From Lama glama (Eukaryota), in assembly GCA_028534125.1 (NCBI GenBank), contig CM052817.1, forward strand, positions 93,312,001 through 93,376,000: 64,000 nt of DNA. Reading direction: 5' to 3'. Positions 52,778-64,000 of the stretch are shown here, in pieces. The translations under genes were made by a program, and so were the position numbers. The notes under the pieces were generated by a model. The model was not told the origin of the DNA. It did no database searches and saw only the letters and a program-made list of their open reading frames with translations. The first letter of the stretch is position 1. Each line of letters begins with the position of its first letter.

Positions 52778-54249
52778 CTGGAACGGGAATGGACAAGGAG
52801 ATGAACGCTTTGCAAGCATTTATCTCCAGCATGCTGTTTGCACTGAAGCATACACACTGTGGGAAGTTGGAGACATTATTCTGTTTAATTTTGCAGGAAT
52901 AACTATGAACTTGTATCTCAAGGGGGCAAGAGGAGCTAATCAATCTTTCTAAAAGCCACCTGTGCACCTAAACAAGTTATAGTATTTCCTTGATTTATGA
53001 CTACATCTTAATTATATGCTACTGTGTAGAACAGAATGTTCTCTCATTCTTCTGTAGACTTACTGAGATAACATGTTAATTGGTCTTTTGTGTATTTTAC
53101 TTTACTTAGTTTTGCATCATTTAATTTGCAATTATTTCGAAATTCAACAATAATGAACAATCTTCCAACCAAAATTTACAGAGAAAAGAACCAAAATATT
53201 AATGCATTTTGACTCAGGGCAGAACAGTACTAGTGCGTTAAAAAAAAAATCTATACAGAGTAGTTCCTGCCTGTATCCTAAATCTTACACTATTTTGAAT
53301 GTATGCAATTGAGTTTTGCAATTTACTTAGGTGACACAGAAAGAATATACAAAATGTCTCTTGATCTATTTTCCAGTGAGATACTTTGTTTTTTTTTAAT
53401 AAAAAATCCATACATTTAAATTGAAACTCAGTCCTTTGATCTTGAAAGCCATCAAGTTTGATACATATTAAGTTTACTGCTTCAAAACACGCCATCATTT
53501 TTACATTCTAATGAAAACTGTCCCCATAAGAAGGAAGACAAGGTGAATGCCCTCTTGTTAAACCACAGTTTATTTGAGAAACCTAATTTCATAATAGAAC
53601 CTTTTCAAATTGATTTGGTATTGACACCATGGTTGTTTTTCAGACCTCATTTACAGGGAAAACATACATTATTTTATTAGCCTCAGGTATACACCATAAC
53701 TTCTTCATAGTGGTTAAATCCAAATGCACATGAAATAGTTTTTTTACTTTAATAAATTATGTCTTCAAGTGAAAGACTTCAGTAGCACCCTGAGAACTCA
53801 AGGTCATAAAACACCAGAAACACAGCTCAAGCAAAACCATGGTAGATACTGAACCATCACGTAATAGACTGCTGGAGTGGTAATCTCTTGCCCTCCTAAA
53901 ATATCATTAATAAACTCGATGTCATCTTTTCTTAAAATAGCAGCATATTAGACTCATGTGAAAATTTAAAATTTCCGAGGCCAGGGGATTTTAACCTAGG
54001 GCTAAGAAAAGGGGTTAAAGTGTCCATGAATAGATGTGAAGTGGATTAGCGCACCCATTCTACTTCATGGAAAGGGGTCACAGCTTTCTCAAATGGTCAT
54101 GAGATCACCCAAAAGTTGCCAACATTAAATTCCAGTCCATCTTCTTTTATCTGATGAGAAACCTGATGACCTTAAGAAGTTACTGGGTTTGTTTAAAGTC
54201 TCGAGGACCTTACACCCAGGGGCTTCTGCCTTCTAACCCAGGGATGCAG

Positions 54250-54430
54250 AGGCAGTGGTGTAAGTTACTGACTGGACCCTGAGTCCCTGGCTCCGGATCC
54301 CAGCTCTGCCATTATAAGTTGTGCAGTACTGGGAAAATTACCTAACAATCTCTACATCTCAGTTCCTCAACTAGAAAATGGAGTGGAAAAGTAGTTAAAA
54401 GAAGTAAGCATTCAGTATGTATTATCTATG
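54250..54430 (+). mobile_element. MIR SINE remnant
   Basis: ggatcccagctctgccatt...gggaaaattacctaac...tctcagttcctca...aaaatgg. Confidence 0.65.
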
Positions 54431-56164
54431 ATTATTTTCCCTATAGGAAGTAATCCTACCAATTAAGCAAAGAAAAGTGGTATTTTAACTTTTGCTTATT
54501 TCTCCATAAAAATAAACTTTTCAGTCTGAAAAGGAAAGTGATTCTGGGGCTCAGTCTTCTGAATAAGATCAGTTCCTGCATTAATTTGAACTAAATGCAA
54601 AAAAAAAAAAATCATCATAATGCTGCAATGAAATACACTGCACTTCTGCTAAAACCAGCAACACCAACAATATACCAAAAGAACTATAAACTGTATCTAC
54701 AGGTCCCACCAAGCCCAAACTAAATGTTCTAACTGCATTTCCAAAAAAGTTGTCCATGGCCTCTCCAATACCACTCAGCAAAAGGGCAAGAATGCGGGAA
54801 GGGGAAATCTGAGCGGAGAGAGTAGTCTTAATTGATGGAGATTAAAATGACTTACTTTGCAAAATTTGCAAAACCATCTGACCACAGACTTGTTGCTGGG
54901 GCCCTTTGTGGAGTCTTGTAAGGAGGCCCACACACATGCAGAGCCCTGAACTGAATTTTTATTAGCTTCATGGTGAATCTGCCTCAATTTATTCATAGTT
55001 TCAAGCAGCTTCCAAAGCTACTTTCTAGGAACAGAAACTTTCTGTTCCTTTATTCTCTTTATTCATTTCCTTCACTGCTCTTGGGAATTCTAGTCAACTT
55101 GAAGGAACCAAGAGACTTTTAAACAGCAGGTAAAGGAAAAGAAGCAAGTTGCTCAAATACTCTCCATTCAATAAATAACTGACAATTTATTTCTAAATCT
55201 AGACGGAGGAGCTTGCATTTCTTGAATTAATCTCTAGTAAAGAACTTCCGAAGTTATGAACAAGCTCTCTCATATCCAAAGTTCTGACTTTTACTTCTTT
55301 CCATCCTATTGTTTCTTCATGAACTCATCCCATTTAGAGTTTTAACACTGTATTTTTACCAAAGGCTATAAAATCTCCATCCCTGGCTAGTTCTGACCTC
55401 TTCCACACTAAGGAATCCAGTTCTTAAGCTGCCTTATGAACATCTCTGAATGTCAACCAGCTACTAAGCTTAGCTTTCTGACTCTTCCAACCTGCTCTTC
55501 CTCCCTCGTTCCCTGTGACCAATTTAGATACTTCATTTCTTTAAATATTCCAGAGCAACATCCTGAAGATTTCAAGATCATTTTAAATTTCTCTTTTCCT
55601 CTCAACAGTATATCTGATCAGTTCTAACCACTCCGCTACCGAAGTTTTATTCTCTCTTATCCATGTTAACCATCTTTACCTTAATTCCCATCTCTCTAAC
55701 TTCTTGTCAGGATTGCTACTGCCTCTTCAATCTTGGCCTCCCTGCACCCACAGGGTAGAGGATCACTTCTCCTATATGGGTGGCCATGCAATCCCTGCCC
55801 AGAACCCAGGCTCTGGTACTCATATCCCTCTTCAAAGATTTCAAATATTAATAGAAGAACATGCAAATGTCTCAGCATCATGCATGTTTTAAGTGCCCAG
55901 TGAATGTCAATAAATAAATAAATATACAAGTATTTTGAGGGTCAACTCAGTTTGTCATATTTGTCTTCAGATCATACAGGGAATTACTATTCTTAACTAA
56001 AAAGAAATACTTAGATATACTATCCAGAAATAAACATATTAGAATATATATATATAATATAGAATGCATATATATATATATCTCTCCAGGGGATGGGAAT
56101 GAATTCATCCATTCATATACCCACTCATAGTTCATATTCTATTAAATAGCAGAGAGCTTATGAT

Positions 56165-57105
56165 TATCATATGCAAAAGAATGAAATTAGACCCTTACAG
56201 CATGCACAAAATAATCAACCCAAAAAGGACTGAAGATTTAAACATAAGACTGTATGCTTGCAAACTGTATACTTGATGAGATTTTGTAAGAAACTCCCAC
56301 AACTCAATAGTGAGAAAAATTAATAACCTTAAAAATGGGTTAATGACTTGGATAGGCATTTTGCCAAAGAAGACATACAAATGGCCAACAGGGATATGAA
56401 AAAATGCTAAATGTCATTAATTATCAGGAAACTGCAAATCAAAATCACAATGAGATATCACCTCACATCTGTAAGGGTGGCTATTATCAAAAAAAAAAAA
56501 AAAAAAAGATGACAGGTATTGGCCATGATGGGGAGAAACATGAACTCTTGTACATTGTTGGTGGGAATGCAACATGATGCAGCTGCTATGGAAAACAGAA
56601 TGAAGGCTCCTCAAAAAATTGAAAACAGAACTCTCATATGATCTAGCCACCCCACTTCTGGGTGTTTTTGCAAAAGAACTGAAATCAGGATCTCAAAGAG
56701 ATATTAGCACTCCTGTGTTCACTACAGCACTAGTCATAATAGCCAAGACACAGAAACAGCCTAAACATCTATCAGCAGGTGAATGGATAAAGAAAATATG
56801 CTACATACATACAGTGGAGTATTATTCAGCCTTGAAAAAGATGGGAGTTCTGCAATATGTGACAACATAGATAAACCTTGAGGATATTACAGTAAGTGAA
56901 ATAAGCCAGTCACAGAAAGTTAAATATGGCATGATTCCACTTATATGAGGTATCTAAACAGTCAAATCCATAGACTCAAAGAGTGTAATAGTGGTTGCCA
57001 GAGGGTGTGGTGGGGAGAGAGAAATGGGGACTTACTAATTAAAAGGTGTAAAGTTTCAAACAAGAGGAATAAATTCTAAAAATCTGCTGTATAGCACTGC
57101 TATCT
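56165..57105 (+). mobile_element. L1 (L1MA-like) ORF2 C-terminus and 3'UTR
   Basis: ORF 56619..56870 (...TPVFTTALVIIAKTQKQPK...EWIKKICYIHTVEYYSA) is L1 ORF2-like; also caaatcaaaatcacaatgagatatcacctcac. Confidence 0.9.
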
Positions 57106-59408
57106 ACAGGGTCTAAGACAACAACTGAGCAGTGATATTTGTCTCATTTTAAAATTTTCCTCATTTTATCCTGCTCATTAAATTAGGTATCTTTGTGAAA
57201 TGAATAGCCCTTAACCTTCAGAGTTTTGGTACTAGGAGATAATTATAAAAATCTAGATGGGCATTTTATTTTCAAGAAAAGTTAAGCAAAATCATTGTAA
57301 GGTCCTTTTTTCTTTTTTAAAAATTATAATCTGCATATCATCTTTCTTTGATATTTTATATTTCAAAAATTCCTTGCTTTACGAAGATGGTATCTGATAC
57401 ACCATATTAGGAAAGTTGAGTTCAAGCCGTTGAGTGTAATCAAGCTAAAGATGGTAGGTTGGTTTGAAATTTAATAATAGGGCTGCCTCATAGCCTTTTA
57501 AAAGCCATTTAATAATAGAAATGAGATAATAAGTCTATTTTTTTCCCAGAAGATCTCTTTAAAATTCCTACAACTATAAAATTAGTGCTGATGAAAAGAA
57601 AATGTAGACATGCTGATCTCATTTCAAGGAACAATTTAAGCATAATCCCTGACTTTCAAATGGTCCACAAAATGACTTCAACATGAATCACAAGACAATA
57701 GGGAATTTTAAGGGAAGTCTGCTTCAAAAGAGTCCAAGCCATTTGGCATCATCATTAAATACATCTAAAAGGTAATTACACTTCACTGAAGAGATGATAC
57801 ACCCAAACTCTTGAGAGACAGAAGTCAGGGTGCTCCAAATAGCTCCTCTTGTTTCTTCCTTCCCTCTGTGTAGAAATCAGAAAACTAAAGGGCAGAGAGG
57901 CTAGCTGACTCATTCATAGTTACACAGTAAATCCTGGCCAGTGATGCACCTGATTCCAACTGCAGCCCTATGATATAATAGAGTAGGTTCCTTCTGTTTT
58001 CCTTTTTTTCCTTCTTCCTTCCTTCCTTCCTTGCTCTCTCTCCCTCTTCCTCCCGCTCTGTCTTTCTTTGCTATGTACTATAATACAATACTATATATAC
58101 AACATAGAAAATAACTTAAACATGGAGTAATATCATAAGAATCCATAATTTATCATATTCACAAACTGATTTTCTATGAAAATAAAATGTATTGAGTTCT
58201 ATGGGAGAGGGAACTTTTCTTCTTAATTTCAGGGATTTGTGTTATTGTTGTCACTGCTGCTACCATCTCTGTTGGAGTGGGAACTCTATTCGTTGCATTT
58301 AAGTAATGAACAAGGATAAAAAATTAACTTAACGGGTCTGGGGGCACCTGAAGTTAAATGGAGGTTATTTCATTTGTCAGTGTGAAACATGGTGACATTA
58401 GTTCTGCTCAGTTGCTTGTTTCAAGAGCTAGACATTAGCCTTGTGATTTGGTGAATCTGCCAGCTATTGTTTGCAAAGCTGCCTCTCCAAATATAGCAGG
58501 CATATTAATCAAATGTGGATAGATGCAATTTACTAATGGTAAGAATGAAAATAAATGGAGGCTACAACCAAATAACTCAACAAATACCAAGGCTTGGCCA
58601 ATCTTACTTGCATCATTACCTTGCAAAATGTTGTCTGTCATTCAGCTAAACAGTCAAATCAGTAACCATGGATCTTAAATAAATTTAACCGCGATTCATC
58701 TAATCTCCTAAATACATGTTATATAAGCAAGTAGAAAATCTGACTGACTACCATCTATAACTTTCAACCATTTTATTTCACAAATAAAAAAACTGAAGTT
58801 CAGAAAGGTTATCAACTTGGTCAGAATCGAAGAAGTAAGTGGCAAAGCCCCAAAATTCAGTCGTTTTCAATTTCTATTATAGTATATAGTTGGTGGTCTA
58901 GTCTATAGAACACCTACTTGATCTGAATTTCAATTTAAAATAAGAACTTTCAAACTTACCAAAACATAAATGTTTTTAAACTTACAAACTTAATATTTAA
59001 TGGTATACATATGACATGCACATCGTATGTATAATACATGAGTAGCCTTAGGAAAAATTAATATGTAATAGAATTCAGGACCTTTGTATTAATTCATGGC
59101 TGTTAGAATACCTACTCCTTTCCCATGTTTTCGCCTTAGGTCTTCAAAAAAAGGAACCGTTTTTTTTTCCCCCTGAAAACTGCTGCATCAAAAATCCTCT
59201 AGTTGCTGAATTACACCCTAGTTCTGTAACATCAAAATCTTACTCTTTTCTCTGCTGCTTGCTATTTGTCATCACAGATAAGACATTTTTGTATATAGCC
59301 TAATGTGGGTTGAATTGTGCCCCCCTAAGAAAGGTACTTAGAATATCTTCAGTTGTCAGTTTCTTCTTTTCACATTGGAAAAACAAAAACTAAATGCCTT
59401 GTATTTAC

Positions 59409-59441
59409 CTCCGTTCGCTCTAGTCTGTTTTCGGATATTAC
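59409..59441 (-). CDS. INPP4B: Candidate 33-nt cassette microexon of INPP4B, adding GNIRKQTRANG
   Basis: tatgctgttttttccaag|GTAATATCCGAAAACAGACTAGAGCGAACGGAG|gtaaat. Length is 3n, it has no stop in the phase-1 frame, and it contains three CpGs. Confidence 0.55.
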
Positions 59442-60756
59442 CTTGGAAAAAACAGCATAATGTGAATGGTTCTTTCATTTTCAAGAAATAAGTATAAAGC
59501 AAAAGGCCACTTAGATAATAATTTCTCTTTGTTAGGTGGAAGTATTTTCAAGATTATCACCAAATATTTGAATGCATATTTCAATATACATTCATATCAA
59601 CTTGGCCCAACAAATGATCTAGTTTGATGATACTGCTATCCATGGCTGTAACCTGAGTCACCCTACTCTCTTTTTTTTCATTCTATCCATCATTGAATAC
59701 TTGTTTATGACAATGTTTCCAAAATGCTGCTCTTAAATCATCTTCTCTCTAAATCTGGCTACTTTCTTAGTTCAAGATTTCAGTGTCTCGTAATAGGCTC
59801 TTAACTGATGACTTTTCTCCAATTTTAACAGTCCTGATAAAACTGACAGATCCATTTGTTTCAGTGAGGGCAAATTCTACAGGTATCATAAAAACTCTTA
59901 CTGTTCATTCTATGTGTTGTACATGCTTTTAATCAGAACAGAACAACTCTGCTTAGAAAGATCAAATAACAGACTTAAGCCATATGTAAAATGGTAAAGC
60001 TGAAATTCTGTTCCATTCCAAAATATATAAATTTTTTACTATATCATTAAAGTCTTCTCATACCGGCAACTAGAGAAAAAATATGTTGGTTGTCAGATAG
60101 TTTTTAAGTATTTTAGCTTCTTTATTACTTGTTGATACTTTGGTTTGGATGATTTTTAAAGCCATTAGATGTTGTTATGTTCAAACTATTAATAGACACA
60201 GAAATCAAGGAAGGTTCCTGAATGCTTTAGGCTAATCCATCTCACTTTTATTTCAGTTCTTTCCTTTCACATAATTTTTGGTGAACAGGATCCAAGTTAA
60301 AATTTCAGGTAGTTGATAAGAGTTGCCAAAGAAAACAAAATTGTTTTATCAGAATGATTGTAACTACACTTAAACTTGTATGTTAGCTAGTTGTGTAGAC
60401 ACCATCAGTATGTACAAACAGAAAAATTAATTTTTTCTAATTATAAAACTTCAGGTAATTTTAAAGCAGAAGAGAGATTTTATTTTCAGTTTTTAAAACC
60501 TGTATCCTCTGTGTTGTGATAATGGTTACAACACTGGGTGTTAAAACCCTTCTTCAGATATATCTGCGTAAGTTTGTACGTGTATGTTGATACACTTAGC
60601 ATGAGGGATTTGATGATCTAAAGTAACTTTTGGTTTCCTATGAAGATGTGTACTAGTAGAATGACCATAACATATCATTCAAACGGGGAGACATCTGAGA
60701 GGGAACGGAGGTGGAGGGCAAATATGCTGGGCAGCAGGCATAATGTGGGGCTTTTG

Positions 60757-60920
60757 AGGTGAGGGGATAGCACAGTGGTAGAGCACATGCTTAGCATACA
60801 CAAGGTCCTGGGTTCAATCCCCAGTACTTCCATTAAGAAATAAAGAAAAATAAATAAACCTACTCACCTCCCTCCTCAAAAAAAAAAAAAACAACAAAAC
60901 AAAATGACAAAACAAACAAA
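60757..60920 (+). mobile_element. tRNA-Ala-derived SINE (vic-1-like) with longer tail
   Basis: Same tRNA-like head as the 3311 copy, followed by an A-rich tail. 17-bp TSD ataatgtggg(g/a)cttttg at 60740-60756 and 60921-60937. Confidence 0.88.
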
Positions 60921-61657
60921 ATAATGTGGGACTTTTGTTGATGAATAGGGGAAGGCAGTCACCCTAAATATACACCAGAATTGATACAGCAATAAGTTAA
61001 AGAAAAAGGGAAAGGAAAGGGATATTTTAAAATCCATTGTATTGACAAATGGCAAGGAATTACATAGAGTGGCAATGAATACAACACCCTATCATTCACT
61101 CTAGAGCTATTCAGGTATGTTATGAAAATCATACATATTTTCTTGAAAAGTGTATCTCACAACTGAGTACATCAAAATACTTTACCACCTCCTGCCTGAC
61201 AAATCCGCATCTCACAGGAAAAAGGGTGATTCTGTTGACAGTCACCACGAAGTCAGAGAAACAGCATAGGAGTCCACCTATGGTTTCTCTGGTTTATCAA
61301 GATAGGTGCAAAAAGAATAAGACTTGTTTTCCTTTTAATTTTATTTTTTAAAATTCAAACAGCAGCAAAATTGGTAGCTGTTAGCTATCATTGATACTAT
61401 TTAAGAAAACTAATACTCATTTTGCATACTCACCTGTAACTCAGTTCAGGTGTCATATTTACAAAGTATTGCCCAGAAATACAGCAATAAAAAAAAATAG
61501 TTTCTCTTGTAGTATTTAGGATCATTATTTGCTTAAATTGTTTCATTTTCATCTTTATATAACTGTTAAATTTTTAAATCCGGACAATAGTCAAGCTTTT
61601 TAAGAAAGAACACACTAACATAATTTGCTCATTTTTCAAAAGAATATGATACAGTAC

Positions 61658-61762
61658 CTTTCAAGTGAGGGCTGTGTACATGCATTCTTTGTAGATGTAG
61701 ATTTACCGGAACAAATTCTAATGTTTTCTCTCCTTTGTTGCTGCTTGATTTGAAAGAGGACC
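61658..61762 (-). CDS. INPP4B: INPP4B internal exon (105 nt): [35 protein letters not shown]
   Basis: Acceptor ttttttccacctag|GG, donor AAG|gtactg; phase 1/1. Lies inside ORF 61629..61841. Confidence 0.95.
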
Positions 61763-62133
61763 CTAGGTGGAAAAAAAAATTGAACATTATTAGTAAATAA
61801 ATAATGTCTGTATGTGTGCTCACATAATTTGAAAAGTACACTTGACATAAAAAAATGTTACAAGAATTTCAGAAAGAAAAACAGATCCTGTATGAGTTGC
61901 TTTTCTTAGAAATTTAATTTAAAAAATTCTCAGTTATTCCTATAATGATGCCATGAGGTAAAATAGTGTAATTTTTTCTTCCTTGTTTTTCATGCCAAGA
62001 TGGTAGAGTTGGAAACAAAGATTTTTTAAATCTTGGCTCTTCTATACCCACAACAACATTATTTATTATTGTTTTTATATAACATACATGAAATGCAATT
62101 CAGCTTGAATATGTAAACTTCTTGATTTCACAC

Positions 62134-62264
62134 CTGTTTCCTTGCTAAGTTCTGTCAGAATGTCTTGGTACATATTCACCATTTGATCACAGTGAATAAG
62201 GACATTTTTTCGTAGATTGTCCCAGTGTGGAGATAGTTCACCAAGTTCTTTTAGCTCCTGGTTT
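62134..62264 (-). CDS. INPP4B: INPP4B internal exon (131 nt): [43 protein letters not shown]
   Basis: Acceptor ...cttaatag|A, donor CAG|gtgtga; phase 2 in, phase 1 out. Read by hand; not in the ORF track. Confidence 0.93.
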
Positions 62265-62464
62265 CTATTAAGAATGAAAAAGAGGAGACAATATTTATTT
62301 TGATCTTAAATCCACAGACACAAAATGCTCAATCAAAGTCGCCAACCTAATAAAAACTTGATTCACTATCCCTTTTAGGAAAGCTCTGCGCACTTTTAGA
62401 AAAAAAAATCATTTTAACACAAAGGATGATATGAATAATTTAGGCCATATAAACATTAACGAAT

Positions 62465-62550
62465 ATCTGTATGTATATGTATGACTGAAACATTATGCTG
62501 TACACCAGAAATTAACACATTGTAACTGACTATACTTCAATCAAAAAGAA
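62465..62550 (+). mobile_element. Short 3' tail of a younger, probably lineage-specific L1; a shorter antisense copy lies near 43060-43086
   Basis: gtatgactgaaacattatgctgtacaccagaaattaacacattgtaactgactatacttcaat plus A tail. 43064-43086 is a diverged reverse complement. Confidence 0.65.
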
Positions 62551-64000
62551 ATTATGTCAAAGAGCAAAAAAAAAAAAACAAAGGTTAACTTTACTGATAA
62601 AAATTTCACAGAGATGGCAAAGACTAAGGTATATAAAGAGAATATTTCATTAAAAAAAACCCCACTAAATCTCAGTAGAGAAATGGCTAAGTTCTAGGCT
62701 TTGATTCTCTAAGATAAAATAATGTGGAAAGGGCTACCTGACTATGTCTGAAGTAATCTAGTTTACGAATCATATGGCTGTTATCTTTTTAAAGCACACA
62801 AATAGTATGATCAGGTATGATTTTGTTGATCTCTGTTTCTCACAAGAGGACAATTTAAGTAAACATTATCTGCCTATATTTTGCCCCCTTTTTTATCAAA
62901 AGGAAGAGCTAATCAAGTCATTTAGATTTTAATTATTAACTTTTATCTAATTCTCTACCCTTTAGCCACGTTGATTTAAATCTTCAGAATGCCTTTTTAA
63001 ATTACCATGATAAATGGTTTAATATGCTGCTTGGTTAGATTTCTTATTCATTTCTGTAACCTTTTACCAACAACATTTTCATGAGGCTAATTTAACCAGC
63101 AATAATGAAGCTTCTCTGCTATTTTGGCTGTGAAACATGCTAAATACCAAGCTAATAAATTCTGAAGATGTAGAATCCTCAGCATCCTGTTTGTCGCAAG
63201 AATAATGGATGGTGTGCAAAATGTGACTTGCTTTCAAATGTTTGTAGCCGCCTTTGTTTTGCTTCAATGAGAATTTGACTCAGTACTGCTGCAGCTCCAT
63301 CTGAGGTCTTCACCATTTTTGTGAACCTTAATCTCATTCTCAACTTTCCCACAGGTTAGCTTTCATCACATAACATTCGAGGAGAAGTAATTAATCCATA
63401 GACAATGAGAGCAAAGGAAGTTTGTGACCAAAGGGGTGTTAGGAGGGAAGGCTGAAGAATTGGAGAGTCAAGTTCTCTGTGTGCACTCAAGTGGCAGGTA
63501 TTCAAATTCAGAAAAACCTACAACCCAGACAAACAGAAAATTCCCAAAGCTCGAGATGTCCAAGTCTAGAAGAACCTGGACAACTAGATCAAATCTGAGG
63601 TAGACAGCAAACATCAACTTAGTATGTAAGGTTTCAGAATTTACTTCCAATATACAGTTATAACAGAAAGACCAGCTAAGCATTCCTACTTAATACTAAT
63701 AAATGCACCACGGGTTTACAATTTATGTTGTCTCTGAATCTTTATCAGAAATAATAATTAAAAGGTAAGTGGTGACAGAGGGAAGGAGCGAAGCCCTGAT
63801 TATGGTGTGGGATCCTGGGGTGCTGGACACTTCCTTGCCCAAGAGAAATCTGACAGTGTCGTCAGGAAAGCTTAGTGTTCTGCAGGGCGTGACAGGAGGG
63901 AAGCTGGGAGGAATCTCTAAAATGGTGTTTTAAATGTATTATACTCCTCTAATACATCAAAACTTATATACAGGAATAGATGAGACCTGGCATTCACTGC

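Larger units (their letters stand above)
3948..62264 (-). other. INPP4B: INPP4B gene, 3' portion (span of visible coding exons; the gene continues beyond the window end)
   Basis: Ten exons translate to peptides I recognise as INPP4B. They are collinear, have AG/GT boundaries, and have compatible phases except across the N gap at 41340-41839. Confidence 0.97.

Noticed and set aside
54856..54945. 90-nt frame-preserving exon candidate (ttcag|GGCTC...GCAAA|gtaagt), open in phase 1
   Set aside because: There is no pyrimidine tract before the AG, and the sequence looks like DNA-transposon debris; probably chance.
58620..58645. 26-nt exon-like segment (tttag|CTGAA...GCAAG|gtaatg)
   Set aside because: Not 3n, has an immediate stop, and has no other support.
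1..64000. CRISPR arrays, operons, intact retroviral or transposase genes, or a nested protein-coding gene
   Set aside because: None seen. The remaining ORFs are short and either repeat-derived or random in composition.

Overview
Mammalian genomic DNA, very probably camelid: two tRNA-Ala-derived SINEs resemble the vic-1 family. The window holds the 3' half of INPP4B (inositol polyphosphate-4-phosphatase type II B) on the minus strand. I read eight internal coding exons with GT-AG boundaries and matching phases wherever neighbouring exons are visible. There are also two known alternative terminal exons: alpha (...GTYGKADT*) and beta (hydrophobic tail ...LALLLAKYQ*). Two fixed 500-N gaps hide several expected exons, including the catalytic CX5R exon. 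The introns carry ordinary L1, L2, MIR, MLT1/MLT2 LTR, MER DNA transposon and microsatellite repeats, plus a truncated U6 copy. I see no new multi-gene system. The best leads concern RNA processing: a frame-preserving 33-nt candidate microexon/RS-exon, a possible third terminal exon, a poly(A) signal overlapping the alpha 3' splice-site region, and candidate poison exons. Gene and repeat names come from recognition of the sequence, not from database searches.
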